Below are positions 11,439-20,989 of a DNA stretch of 64,000 nt, piece after piece (the stretch's first letter is position 1; every line of letters starts with the position of its first letter). Position numbers and translations under genes: made by a program. The notes under the pieces were generated by a model. The model was given only the letters and a program-made list of their open reading frames with translations, had not been told where the DNA came from and searched no databases. This DNA is from an uncultured delta proteobacterium (GTDB lineage: Bacteria; Desulfobacterota; Binatia; UBA9968), in contig CAWJBB010000031.1 in assembly GCA_963840855.1 (NCBI GenBank), positions 1 to 64,000 on the forward strand. Reading direction: 5' to 3'.

Positions 11439-11474
11439 GGCGGAGCAGCGTGTAGCCCGTTTTCGGTCTAGCCG

Positions 11475-12606
11475 GTGAAACGTTTTTTCACACTGTCATT
11501 GATTGTCGCCGGTTTGGTCATCGGCTATTTGCTGGTCTCTGCTCCGGTCCGAGACCGGCTCTCCGGACTATTTGCGCTCGATTACGAGATCCCCGTCGAG
11601 GTGCGGCAAGCCGAAAAGAGCTCCCTGGGTCACATGCTAACTGCACGGGGTGAACTAGAGCCTGTCAAAGAAATTAGAATCAACGGAACCATACCGGGCG
11701 TTATCAAAGACATTCGCTACGCAGCGGGTGACAAAGTCGCCGCCGGCGCAGTGGTTGCGGCCGTTGAAGCCAAAGACCTCGCCGAGCGGCTCGCCGTCCA
11801 GGAAGCCGCCATTAAAGAAGCGGAGGCGCATAATAAAAGGAGCGACGAGCCAGTTGGCGGCGGCGGAAAAACAGCTCGCCGATTTGCGCGACCTCTACCA
11901 GAAAAACTTTATTGCCCGGCGTGAAGTGGAACAGGCGGAAGCCGCGGCCAAAACCGCGCGCATTCAAATGGAAGCGTCCCAGGCGCAATTGGCACAGCGA
12001 ACCTCGGTGTCGGCGCAAACCCGCCATGTTCTCCATCTGGCCCAGATCACCGCGCCGGTCGCCGGAGTCGTAACTCGCCGGTGGTCAGAGCCCGGCGCCG
12101 CGGTGCCCGAGGCGGCGCCGATTCTCTCCATCGCCCCCACCGATACCCTTAAGATCATGATCAAATTGATGAGCGTAGACGCGGAGAAAATTCCGCCAGG
12201 GACGTCGGTGAAAGTGAAGGTGGATGCTTTGCCTGGAACAGACTTTCGGGGCAAAGTTACACGGGTCCAGGAGCTGGCGAATTTCGCCGGCGACGAGTCA
12301 TCGGTCGAGATCGAGCTGGCCAACCCTGGTGGCGCGCTAAAATTCGGCATGCCGGTCAGTGTCTCTTTCTCAACCGGGGAACGGCGCGATGGGATTTTCG
12401 TTCCTAAATCAGCGCTAATTGAGATTCACGGGAAACCCTATATCTATATAAACGAAGGCGGCAAAGCCCGCCAGAGAAATGTCACAGCCGGCAAGCAATA
12501 CGACGGTCAAATCGAGGTCGTCTCCGGCCTTGAGCCGGGTGAAGCTGTGGTCGTCAAAGGTGTCGAGCGCTTGGGCGACGGCAGCCGCGTTCGCGCGGTG
12601 GATTAA
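11475..12606 (+). CDS. Second efflux membrane-fusion protein, split by a frameshift near 11845
   Basis: ORF 11475-11924 (TM, lipoyl half) joins ORF 11728-12606 (ITAPVAGVVT, LKFGM, GLEPGEAVVVKG). Confidence 0.8.
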
Positions 12607-12615
12607 TTCTGGGAC

Positions 12616-12677
12616 GTTCAAAGTTCAAGGTTCAATGCTTCCACAGGTGGGGGGCGTCGAACGTTTGAACTTTGAAC
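12616..12677. repeat. 7-nt GTTCAAN array plus inverted TTGAAC array
   Basis: gttcaaa gttcaag gttcaat ... tttgaac tttgaac, between convergent genes. Confidence 0.75.
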
Positions 12678-12696
12678 GGGCGCAGCCCGCGCCGCG

Positions 12697-14586
12697 TTAC
12701 CAGCGGAACGGATTGAGCACCTTACCGACGTTTTCCAAGTCCTGTTTCATTTGATCAAAGACGCCTTTATTTTCTTCTTCCGGCGTGGCTGAAGGCTTTT
12801 TCTGCTCGGCGGGTTTCGCCGCGGGCGCCGCCGGTAGAGGTGGCTGAGGTCCGCGCACCAGCGCCGCCTTGGGAATCTCACGGGTTGCCGGCTCTTCGGG
12901 TTTGTTGGCCGACTCGGGTTTGGCGTTTTCTTTTTGGGCGCTTTCGCTTTCCGACGTCGCTTGCTCAATGCCCGGCGCCTGCACGGGGCTTAGGAACAGG
13001 GGACCCTTTTCCAGGACGCGCTTGGGCTCGAGATTGATTTCCTTCGGCGGCGCAGCCGGCGTGTCTGTAGTTTGAGTAATTACAGGCACAGGCTCAAATT
13101 TGCCGGGCTCGACGCCTTGGCCCTTGAGTTTTTGATCAATGCTGCTCAAGAGGCCGCTGCTGACCCCTTCAGTATTTGGTTGCGCTCTAGCAGCGATCGC
13201 CGCCTGCGCGGCTGCGGGGTCTTTAAATACCTCCGCTACTTCTGGAGGGGGTGGAAGTTCGCCGGGGCTCTTGCCGTCTTTATTCAAATTGGCATCGATT
13301 TGTTCCAGGAGCTTAGCATTGTCCGTATTGTGCTGATTTGGCTGGAGGTCATCGACGTTGGGCAGTTCGATGGCGGGTGGCTTCAGCGCCGCAGTCTGTG
13401 ATTTTGAGTCAATTCCTTGTTGCTTAAGAGAATCATCGATGCGAGCGACCAGGCTTTCGTCATTGCCGGAGGTTTCTTTGGTTGAGTTCGCGTCGCTACC
13501 GCCGAACAGGGAGGAGAAAAAGCCTTTGGATTCGGTCTTCGGTGGCTTGCTGTTTTTGGCTAGAAGGTCGAGGGCGCTTACGGGTTTTTCCTCCTCCTTC
13601 TTCTTTTCATCGCTCGATGAGGCGGAGAATGGATTAATCTTTTGGACGACGCGGCTAATAATGCTTTTCTCCACCCCTGGCGCTTCATAGACGACTTCGG
13701 TTTTTGCCACGAGATTATTCGCTTCTTTTAACTTGGCGGCGGTCTTGGTTTCCGGCTTCGTTTCCGCAGTTTCCAGTGCTGCCGCGGGTCGCCGGTCGCG
13801 CATGAGTAACATGGCGAGCGGGTCTTGCTTGTTTTTCTCGATCTGCGCCAGTTGTGTTCTGGCGGGAGCGGCAAAGGGATCGTTTGGATAGTGTTCAAGC
13901 AAGGCTTCATAAGCTAACGAGGCCTTTACGTTGTTTTTCTCGTTCCGGTAGCTCTCGCCAAGAAAGAAAAGACTCTTGCTCGCCACCGGCGTGCCGCGGT
14001 ACTTGCGCACGATTTCTTCAAAGCGATCCCGCGCCGCCGGATATTTTTCCTGCTTGAAGTAAAACTCCGCGATGTTGAATTCATGTTGGGCGAGGATGCC
14101 GTTGCATTTGGCGAGTTTTTCTTTCGCTTCCGCGGCGTAAGGCGATTTCGGATAGTTGGCGAGCACCGCTTCGAAGTAACCCTTGGCGGTCTCGGTATTC
14201 TTCGGGTCCCGGTTGACGTCGGTGAACTGATTGAAGTGAGCCTGGCCGAGCCGCAAGACGACGAATGGAATATGTTCGCTAGCGGGATGCACCGTCTGAA
14301 ATTCCTTGAAGGCGTTGACCGCTTCGACATACTGCTCGTTGAGAAAATAGGCGTCGGCGATCTTGAGTTCGGTTTCGGTGAGGAGGGGGCTAAAAGGGTG
14401 TTCGGTCTTCAGCTTGTTGAAGGCGTCCAGGGCTCGCACGTATCTTTTATCCTGGAGATACCGCGTGCCTTCCTCGTAGAGCGCCTCAGCCGTGGGATCG
14501 ACGGGTGTCGACTTAGACCACAAAGAGCAACCCGTTGCGAGAAGCGCGAGGAGCAGCGCTCCAGCGGCGAACATCTCAATTCTCAT
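12697..14586 (-). CDS. bamD: Outer membrane assembly factor BamD with ~370-aa C-terminal extension
   Basis: Lipobox LATGC, AEALYEEG, HPFSP, YPKSPYA, LAQHEFNIAEFY, AARDRFEEI. Start ATG 14586 preferred. Confidence 0.85.
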   Translation of the reverse strand: MRIEMFAAGALLLALLATGCSLWSKSTPVDPTAEALYEEGTRYLQDKRYVRALDAFNKLKTEHPFSPLLTETELKIADAYFLNEQYVEAVNAFKEFQTVHPASEHIPFVVLRLGQAHFNQFTDVNRDPKNTETAKGYFEAVLANYPKSPYAAEAKEKLAKCNGILAQHEFNIAEFYFKQEKYPAARDRFEEIVRKYRGTPVASKSLFFLGESYRNEKNNVKASLAYEALLEHYPNDPFAAPARTQLAQIEKNKQDPLAMLLMRDRRPAAALETAETKPETKTAAKLKEANNLVAKTEVVYEAPGVEKSIISRVVQKINPFSASSSDEKKKEEEKPVSALDLLAKNSKPPKTESKGFFSSLFGGSDANSTKETSGNDESLVARIDDSLKQQGIDSKSQTAALKPPAIELPNVDDLQPNQHNTDNAKLLEQIDANLNKDGKSPGELPPPPEVAEVFKDPAAAQAAIAARAQPNTEGVSSGLLSSIDQKLKGQGVEPGKFEPVPVITQTTDTPAAPPKEINLEPKRVLEKGPLFLSPVQAPGIEQATSESESAQKENAKPESANKPEEPATREIPKAALVRGPQPPLPAAPAAKPAEQKKPSATPEEENKGVFDQMKQDLENVGKVLNPFRW

Positions 14587-14617
14587 AGAGTAAACCTCAA
14601 TGGAGTTTTTTTCCAAT

Positions 14618-14645
14618 GTTATACAGGTCGCGGAGAAGGAGTCAA
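14618..14645 (-). promoter_or_regulatory. Putative sigma70 promoter of bamD
   Basis: Minus strand reads TTGACT-N16-TATAAC. Confidence 0.45.
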
Positions 14646-14683
14646 GCTCAAATCGGGGGGTTGGCGAATTTTGCGTGCCGGAC

Positions 14684-14766
14684 GTTCCAGTGGTTCAAGC
14701 CGTTCCAATCGTTCCAGCCGTTGAAATAGTTCTAGGATCGTTTGGAACGAATTGAACGATTTGAAC
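14684..14766. repeat. 9-nt GTTC(C/A)A array plus inverted array
   Basis: gttccagtg gttcaagcc gttccaatc gttccagcc ... ttggaacga attgaacga tttgaac. Confidence 0.75.
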
Positions 14767-14824
14767 CCCTATAGCTCCTAGCACGATCTTTGGGATTGCA
14801 TGATTGCACCTCGCAGCCGGGTTT

Positions 14825-15322
14825 TTACGGCGGCAGCACGCGGAGAGTGAACTCGGTTTGGTTAGAGCGGAAAACGAACGGCCAGACAGGAGGGAAAATT
14901 ACATAGGCTGTGGTTTCTAATATGGAGTAAACGAGGTCCCCCGGCGGGCCTTTGTCGTCGTGGACGATGACTTTATAGTCTGCGGGCGGGAGGTCGGGAA
15001 TTGTGAACTGAAGAACCTTGTCTTCGATCCACACGAGCTCTTCTCCCGGCACATGTTTTCTGTCCGCATCGGCGGCGATCAATTTGAGCTGCGGCCAGTC
15101 CATGATCTTGCCGGCGATCTCGACTCTAGGCCAGCCGACGAGATACTCCATTGAGAGACTCATAACGTTTCCCGGCCGCCCATCGATTATCACTCCGGGA
15201 GTTATATTGGTGATCCGCGGCGCGCAGGCCGGAGCAGTTAATACAATTATTGCAGGGAAAACCGCAGACAGCCAGTAAAGCAGTTTTGTTCCCACGTTTT
15301 CTTTTCCATTCGCGAAGATCAC
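14825..15322 (-). CDS. Hypothetical exported/lipoprotein with a probable IPT/Ig-like beta domain
   Basis: Hydrophobic N-terminus with APAC, beta-rich body (LQFTIPDLPPADYKVIV). Exact start uncertain. Confidence 0.5.
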   Translation of the reverse strand: MIFANGKENVGTKLLYWLSAVFPAIIVLTAPACAPRITNITPGVIIDGRPGNVMSLSMEYLVGWPRVEIAGKIMDWPQLKLIAADADRKHVPGEELVWIEDKVLQFTIPDLPPADYKVIVHDDKGPPGDLVYSILETTAYVIFPPVWPFVFRSNQTEFTLRVLPP

Positions 15323-15856
15323 CTCTGTATCTCATAAGCGGGCGAATATTCCAATAAATTGCAAGGGCTTATCGATGCTCGCTGCCGTGGTGCTCGGCTT
15401 ATTTATATTGACGGCTAAAAGACCATTAAATGATCATAAAACCCGTTTTTGTAAGATTTAGGTCTTAGAAAACTTGGGTTACATGGGCAAAATCGATAGA
15501 TTTTCATACTATCGGCGTATTGTCGTTATTTAAGAGAAAATCAAAGGAAAAATGCATTCGAGCGTTGGGCCAGGCCGAAAGAAAGGAAATGTTTGGCTGA
15601 TCGGTCATGATACGTTTGTCTGGAGTCCAAAAGGCTTCCTGACGGGTTCTGTCCATTCTTTTTCCCAGCCATTCCGCTTCGGCGATCAGCTTCGGCGTAT
15701 CGGCTTCTCGCCCCGAGAACATGGCGAGCTGGGTCTCAATGGCCGAACGGAGGTCGCGGCCGGATCCCAAAACTGACCAAAGGAAAATAAGGGACCCCAC
15801 GGGAACAAAATAAGTTTATGATATCGAAGTCGTCGCGCGGATTGCGACACGTCTCT

Positions 15857-16639
15857 TTAGCACAGTAACGTGATCCAAACTCGAAGCGCCACGATGGCGA
15901 TAACGCCGGCATAGACATAGCGCAATGCCTGTGGCGAAACGCGGCTGTGGCACTTCTCACCGGTGAAAGCGCCCAACCCGGCGCCAACGAGTACTGCGAT
16001 GGTCATCCAAAAGGGAACCTGTCCGGTGATTAGTTTTCCGGTAAAGCCCGCAAACCCATTGAGAACATGGATCGCCAGGGCGCTGCCGATGGTAACGCGA
16101 GTGGGAATCTTGAGCACATAGATAAGCAGCGGCACGAAGAGAAAGTTTCCCGCCCCCATCAGTCCGACGGCCAAGCCGACGCAAAGCGAAATCGCGCTCA
16201 ATGGAATCGTTGAGATGGAAACATTTTCGACGGCTGCTTGTTCTTTTTCGGCGGAGGGTGCGGGGAGAAACATAACCAGTCCTGCGATGACCGTCACAAT
16301 CCCAAAGAGTAGAATCAAAAACCATTCAGATACCCATTTCGACGCTACGCCGCTGAAAAATGCTCCCCCTGAGGAGGTAACGGCGGCGACGAGCGTGAGC
16401 TTATTGTGAACTCTTCCTTGGCGCCAATGGGCTGCGCCCCCAACCACCCCGGCGAAAAATACTTGTGAAATGACTAGAGCCGCCACGGTCTTGGCATCGA
16501 TGGCTTCTAGGCCCAGAGCGGGCGGCAAGTAAAGCAGCAAAGGGAAAAGCAGTAGACCGCCGCCAAGGCCGATAAAACCGGCGCCGAAACCCGCCACTCC
16601 GGCCAGAGCAAAAAGGGTGAGAAATAGTCCGCCGCTCAT
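15857..16639 (-). CDS. TauE/SafE sulfite exporter family
   Basis: GFIGLGGGLLLFP and GLMGAGNFLFVP duplicated halves, about 8 TMs; overlaps the upstream stop (ATGA). Confidence 0.88.
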   Translation of the reverse strand: MSGGLFLTLFALAGVAGFGAGFIGLGGGLLLFPLLLYLPPALGLEAIDAKTVAALVISQVFFAGVVGGAAHWRQGRVHNKLTLVAAVTSSGGAFFSGVASKWVSEWFLILLFGIVTVIAGLVMFLPAPSAEKEQAAVENVSISTIPLSAISLCVGLAVGLMGAGNFLFVPLLIYVLKIPTRVTIGSALAIHVLNGFAGFTGKLITGQVPFWMTIAVLVGAGLGAFTGEKCHSRVSPQALRYVYAGVIAIVALRVWITLLC

Positions 16640-17535
16640 CCAGCGGCCCCGAAGCTATTTCTCATGACGATGTCGCCTACGGTCGTAAGAAAATAACCGA
16701 TGCTGACGTAGGCGTTGAAATCGAAAAAAGCGCGGTTAATACGGGAGAGATCATTGGGTTTCACGATCCGATGTTCCCAGAAAAGAATCGCCGATATGGC
16801 GGCGAAGCCGAGCCAATAAATAATGCCCATTTGCGCAGTAACTCCCACCAGCAGGAGCGCGCTGACCGTGCAAAAATGAAAAAAGCTCGAAAGCCGAAGC
16901 GCCCCCGCCACGCCGAAGCGGACGGGAATCGAATATAGCCCGTGCTTTCCGTCGAACTCACGGTCCTGCAGCGAATAGATAACGTCAAAGCCAGCCAGCC
17001 AGAAAACCACGGCCAATCCAAGCAATAAAGGCGTTGCCAGCTCATCGAGAACAATGGGTGGCTCCGCCACGGCCAACCATGCCCCGATGGGGGCGATGGA
17101 GAGAGCGAGGCCCAAAAACAAATGCGACGCCCAGGTAAAGCGCTTCGTTAAGGAGTAAAAGAAGACGATTGCGAGCGCGATCGGGGAGAGGGCAAAGCAG
17201 ATCGGGTTTAGTTGATAAGCCGCGTAAACGAAAACCAGCGAAGCCACAGCAGTCAGCATTACCGCTTCCCAGACCTTGACCTTGCCTTGGGGCAATTCCC
17301 ACGCGCGCGTGCGCGGATTGAGCGCGTCGAATTTGCGGTCCGCTAGCCGGTTGAAACCCATGGCGGCGCTGCGCGCGCTCACCATCGCCACCACGACCCA
17401 GAGAAAAATTCTTGGGGTCACCGGATGGCTCGGCCAGGCGAGAGCCAGCGACGCAAACGCAAACGGCAACGCGAAGACGGTGTGGCTAAACCGGATAAGG
17501 CTGGCGTAGTTGCGAATTTTCTCCAACAGTTTCAT
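16636..17535 (-). CDS. mqnP: UbiA-like polyprenyltransferase (MqnP-type)
   Basis: IRFSHTVFALPF, NRLADRKFDALNPRT, YSLTKRF, GFDVIYSLQD; follows the UbiD-type gene. Confidence 0.8.
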   Translation of the reverse strand: MKLLEKIRNYASLIRFSHTVFALPFAFASLALAWPSHPVTPRIFLWVVVAMVSARSAAMGFNRLADRKFDALNPRTRAWELPQGKVKVWEAVMLTAVASLVFVYAAYQLNPICFALSPIALAIVFFYSLTKRFTWASHLFLGLALSIAPIGAWLAVAEPPIVLDELATPLLLGLAVVFWLAGFDVIYSLQDREFDGKHGLYSIPVRFGVAGALRLSSFFHFCTVSALLLVGVTAQMGIIYWLGFAAISAILFWEHRIVKPNDLSRINRAFFDFNAYVSIGYFLTTVGDIVMRNSFGAAG

Positions 17536-17550
17536 GAAGTCTTTTAGATC

Positions 17551-17663
17551 GTTCCAATTGTTCAAGCCGTTCAAGTCGTTGCGCCTCGCCCGTAAGCGTT
17601 TTGTTTGACGCGTTCAATCCGAGAGACGTTTTGAACGGGTTGGACGGCTTGAGCGATTGAAAC
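17551..17663. repeat. 9-nt GTTCAA array plus inverted array
   Basis: gttccaatt gttcaagcc gttcaagtc ... ttgaacggg ttggacggc ttgagcga ttgaaac, inside the mqn operon. Confidence 0.7.
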
Positions 17664-17669
17664 ATGCTT

Positions 17670-19112
17670 TCAGATCCCTAGCTTCTCCCATATCGAATCG
17701 ATATATTTCCTGGTCTTTTCGTCCATGATGATGGCGTCGGGCCATTCCCGCTCGTACCCTTCGCCGCGCCATTTTCTCGTGGCGTCGATGCCCATTTTTG
17801 AGCCGAAGCCGAGGGTCGGCGCGGCGTGATCCAGAACGTCCACTGGCCCATCGACGAAAATGGTGTCCCGTTTCGGATCGATGTTATTCCCGACAACCCA
17901 GGTGACTTCAGATAGGTCGTGTATGTTGACGTCATGATCGACGATGATCAGCGTCTTGGTAAACATCATCTGTCCCAAGCCCCACAGGGCGTGCATCACC
18001 TTGCGCGCTTGGGCGGGGTATTCTTTCTTGATCGATATGATCGCCAGGTTATGAAACACACCGTGAACCGGCAAATTCATATCGACGATCTCCGGAAGGG
18101 TCACCCGCACCAGCGGAAGAAACAATCTTTCTGTGGCCTTGCCGAGATAGGCATCCTCCATGGGCGGGCGCCCGACGATCGTCGTCGGATAAATTGGATT
18201 CTTCCTGTGCGTGATGCAGGTGACGTGGAAGACTGGATAGTCATCGGCAAGGGAATAAAAGCCGGTATGATCGCCGAAGGGTCCCTCGCGGCGCAGCGGC
18301 TCGGCCGGATCGACGTAGCCTTCGATTACGATGTCCGAGTTGGCCGGCACCTCGACGTCAACGGTGACTCCCTTAACTAGCTCCACGCCCTTTTTGCGCA
18401 AGAAACCGCAGAAGAGAATCTCGTCGATCTGATCCGGCAGTGGCGCAGTGGCGGCGTAAATCATCGCCGGATCGCCGCCGAGGCTGACAGCCAGTTGCAA
18501 CCGTCCCGTTTGCTCCTTCTGGCGCTGAAAGTGGCGCGCGCCCACCTTATGTAAGTGCCAGTGCATCCCCGTGCTGCGCTGATCGAAGATCTGCATGCGA
18601 TAAAGGCCAACGTTGCGCGTCCCGGAGCGCGGATCCTTCGAGAACACCATTGGCAGTGTGATGAATTGCCCGGCGTCTCCGGGCCAGCAAGTCAGCACGG
18701 GCAAAATACCGAGATCAGGCTCGCGGTGAACAAACTCTTGGCAAGCTCCCTCCTTGACGAGCTTTGGCGGAATACCGGCTAAACGGATGAGTTCGCCGAG
18801 TAAGTTGAGTTTGTCTTTAAACGACTTCGGCGGTTTGGTTTGAATGAGTTTCTGAATATTCCGCGCGAGCTCTTCGATGTCCGCGACGCCAAGCGCCAGC
18901 GCCATACGCTGAGGCGAGCCGAAGGCGTTGATCAGGACTGGAATTTGTTTGCCCACGACGTTTTCAAAGAGCAGCGCCGGGCCGCCGCTTTTCATCACCC
19001 GGTCGGCGATCTCGGTGATCTCCAGTTCGGCTTTGACGGGATGAGTGATACGTTTGAGTTCGCCTTCGCGCTCTAAAACTTGCACGAAATCCGTGAGACT
19101 GTAATATGGCAT
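17670..19112 (-). CDS. mqnL: Menaquinone biosynthesis decarboxylase, UbiD family (MqnL-type)
   Basis: LEITEIADR, RNVGLYRMQ, EGPFGDHTGFY, GRPPMED, WGLGQMMFTK, GSKMGIDAT. Confidence 0.85.
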   Translation of the reverse strand: MPYYSLTDFVQVLEREGELKRITHPVKAELEITEIADRVMKSGGPALLFENVVGKQIPVLINAFGSPQRMALALGVADIEELARNIQKLIQTKPPKSFKDKLNLLGELIRLAGIPPKLVKEGACQEFVHREPDLGILPVLTCWPGDAGQFITLPMVFSKDPRSGTRNVGLYRMQIFDQRSTGMHWHLHKVGARHFQRQKEQTGRLQLAVSLGGDPAMIYAATAPLPDQIDEILFCGFLRKKGVELVKGVTVDVEVPANSDIVIEGYVDPAEPLRREGPFGDHTGFYSLADDYPVFHVTCITHRKNPIYPTTIVGRPPMEDAYLGKATERLFLPLVRVTLPEIVDMNLPVHGVFHNLAIISIKKEYPAQARKVMHALWGLGQMMFTKTLIIVDHDVNIHDLSEVTWVVGNNIDPKRDTIFVDGPVDVLDHAAPTLGFGSKMGIDATRKWRGEGYEREWPDAIIMDEKTRKYIDSIWEKLGI

Positions 19113-19194
19113 CTTCTTCCTAATCGGTCTTGAATGAAGAGCAATACTCCGACAAAAACACCGAAGTCAAGCAAGCAGAGCGAGGAACCAGCCG

Positions 19195-19536
19195 GTGAAA
19201 CGCGGCGTCGGGTACAGTTCGACTTCTTACGACGCATATTCCAGTGAAATCGATACTCTCAGAATCATCGAACGTGCCATCAACCGCGGCGAAGGGTACG
19301 CCGCCAGGGAGCAGGAATGGTTAAGGCGTCAGGGACAAGTGCGACTTCTTACCGCGGATAATTCCCCCGGCATCGATGGCTTTGACAACATGAAATTATT
19401 TTCGATCGAGGGGTTATATGAAGTTTGCCATCGCGTCGCTGAATACAGGAAGGATTATCGCTATGGATCATGCGCACGCCAGGTCGTAGTGCAGGTATGG
19501 AGATACGCTGATGGTGTGGTCAAATCGCAGATATGA
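19195..19536 (+). CDS. Hypothetical protein (113 aa)
   Basis: Fills the gap between mqnL and dinB; GAGGA upstream of GTG; no recognised motif. Confidence 0.35.
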   Translation: MKRGVGYSSTSYDAYSSEIDTLRIIERAINRGEGYAAREQEWLRRQGQVRLLTADNSPGIDGFDNMKLFSIEGLYEVCHRVAEYRKDYRYGSCARQVVVQVWRYADGVVKSQI

Positions 19537-19587
19537 TTTGTGAGGCATGGTGTCGGCGGGCTGTCTTCTTTTCACTTTTCTCGCGGA

Positions 19588-20709
19588 TTAAGCGTCGCGC
19601 TTGCGCGGCGTGGCGGAGCCGATGGCGTCGTCGCCGTATTTCTTGCGCATCTGGTCGATGCCGGCATAGAGCTTCTCCAATGACTTCCGCTTCTGGCCGT
19701 CAAAGAGCGGCTCTTGCCAACCCGAGCTTTGCAGCGCGCTAGAGCTCACTCCCAAGAGCCGCACGGCGCGGTTGCGCGCGAGGTTTTGGCGCAACAGATC
19801 TTGCACGATGTCAAAGATCTCGCGGTCGAAACAGGTGGGCGATGAAAGCGTGCGGGACCGGGTGATGGTTTCAAAGTTCGAATAGCGAATCTTGAGCGTG
19901 ACGCAGCGGGCGTAGAGCTTTTCGCTGCGCAACCTGCCACCGACTTCTTCCACCAACTCCCATAGAACCTGTTCCATTCGCTCTCTATCCGTCAACGAAT
20001 TTTCCAAAGTGGTCTCGTTACCCACGGAGTGATCGTGGCGCCGTGCCCGTCTTGAATCTTCCGACAGATCAAAAAAACGCGCCGCCAGATCGGGTCGATT
20101 CATCAAATCACCAATGGTCTTAATCTTGCGCCGCAACAAGTCCGTGTGGGTCTTGGGGCCGACCCCGGGAATCAATTTGACATCCAGCGGCGCGAGAAAC
20201 TCCACCTCACCCCCTTGCGCCACAAAAATCAGTCCCTGGGGCTTGGCTAGCGTCGCGGCGATCTTGGCGACGACGCGGCTGGTGGACACGCCGCCGGACG
20301 ACGGCAGGCCCAGTTGAGTCCTGATTTCTTTAATAATTCGGTCGGCGGTCTTGAGCGGCGGGCCGAAAAGCTGCTCCGTGCCGGTTAGATCTACAATGCC
20401 TTCGTCGATGGAGACGGCATGAACTTCCGGCGAATACCGGTCGAGAATGGCAAAAACTTTCTGAGAAAATTGACAATAGATGCGCCGGCGATTGGGCAGA
20501 AAGATTCCTTGCGGGCAGAGTTTTCTCGCCTGAAACCCCGGCATCGCCGAATGGACGCCGTACTTTCTTGCTTCGTAGGACGCCGAGGTAACGACACCTC
20601 GGCCGTTGCGGCCGCCGACGATGACCGGCTTACCGATTAAACCCGGGTCGAGCACTTGTTCCACGGACGCGTAGAAAGCATCCATGTCGATATGGAGATA
20701 CCAGCCCAT
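19588..20709 (-). CDS. dinB: DNA polymerase IV
   Basis: HIDMDAFYASVE, SYEARKYGVHSAM, SIDEG, KPQG, VRLLGV. Confidence 0.93.
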   Translation of the reverse strand: MGWYLHIDMDAFYASVEQVLDPGLIGKPVIVGGRNGRGVVTSASYEARKYGVHSAMPGFQARKLCPQGIFLPNRRRIYCQFSQKVFAILDRYSPEVHAVSIDEGIVDLTGTEQLFGPPLKTADRIIKEIRTQLGLPSSGGVSTSRVVAKIAATLAKPQGLIFVAQGGEVEFLAPLDVKLIPGVGPKTHTDLLRRKIKTIGDLMNRPDLAARFFDLSEDSRRARRHDHSVGNETTLENSLTDRERMEQVLWELVEEVGGRLRSEKLYARCVTLKIRYSNFETITRSRTLSSPTCFDREIFDIVQDLLRQNLARNRAVRLLGVSSSALQSSGWQEPLFDGQKRKSLEKLYAGIDQMRKKYGDDAIGSATPRKRDA

Positions 20710-20767
20710 TGGCGTGTTCCTTGTTCGTGCTCGTGTTCGCGGATGTTCGGAACTGATCCCTTTCGGT

Positions 20768-20895
20768 TTAGCGCGCGTACAGCGAGTTGATAAAGCCGGA
20801 AGCGTCGAGTTTTTGAATGAACGAGTTGTCGTAGAAGTCTTCGGGCTTCACCTGCTGACCTTTCGGATTTTTGACGACATCCAGCACGACCGGGA
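20768..20895 (-). pseudogene. C-terminal remnant of an NMT1/THI5-like ABC substrate-binding protein
   Basis: Hand translation gives PVVLDVVKNPKGQQVKPEDFYDNSFIQKLDASGFINSLYAR*, with no N-terminal part. Confidence 0.6.
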
Positions 20896-20943
20896 GAGTA
20901 GGCGAACGCGCCAAACCATGTCAAGGGAACAATCGGACGTGGT

Positions 20944-20986
20944 GGTCCAACTCGTTCAAGCCGTTCAAGCGTTCCTCGAGCGGAAC
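20944..20986. repeat. GTTCAA array
   Basis: ggtccaactc gttcaagcc gttcaagc gttcctcgagcggaac. Confidence 0.6.
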
Positions 20987-20989
20987 TCT

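Noticed and set aside
15504-15800. Short ORFs on both strands between the lipoprotein and tauE genes
   Set aside because: No recognisable motif or RBS; probably non-coding or a degraded remnant.
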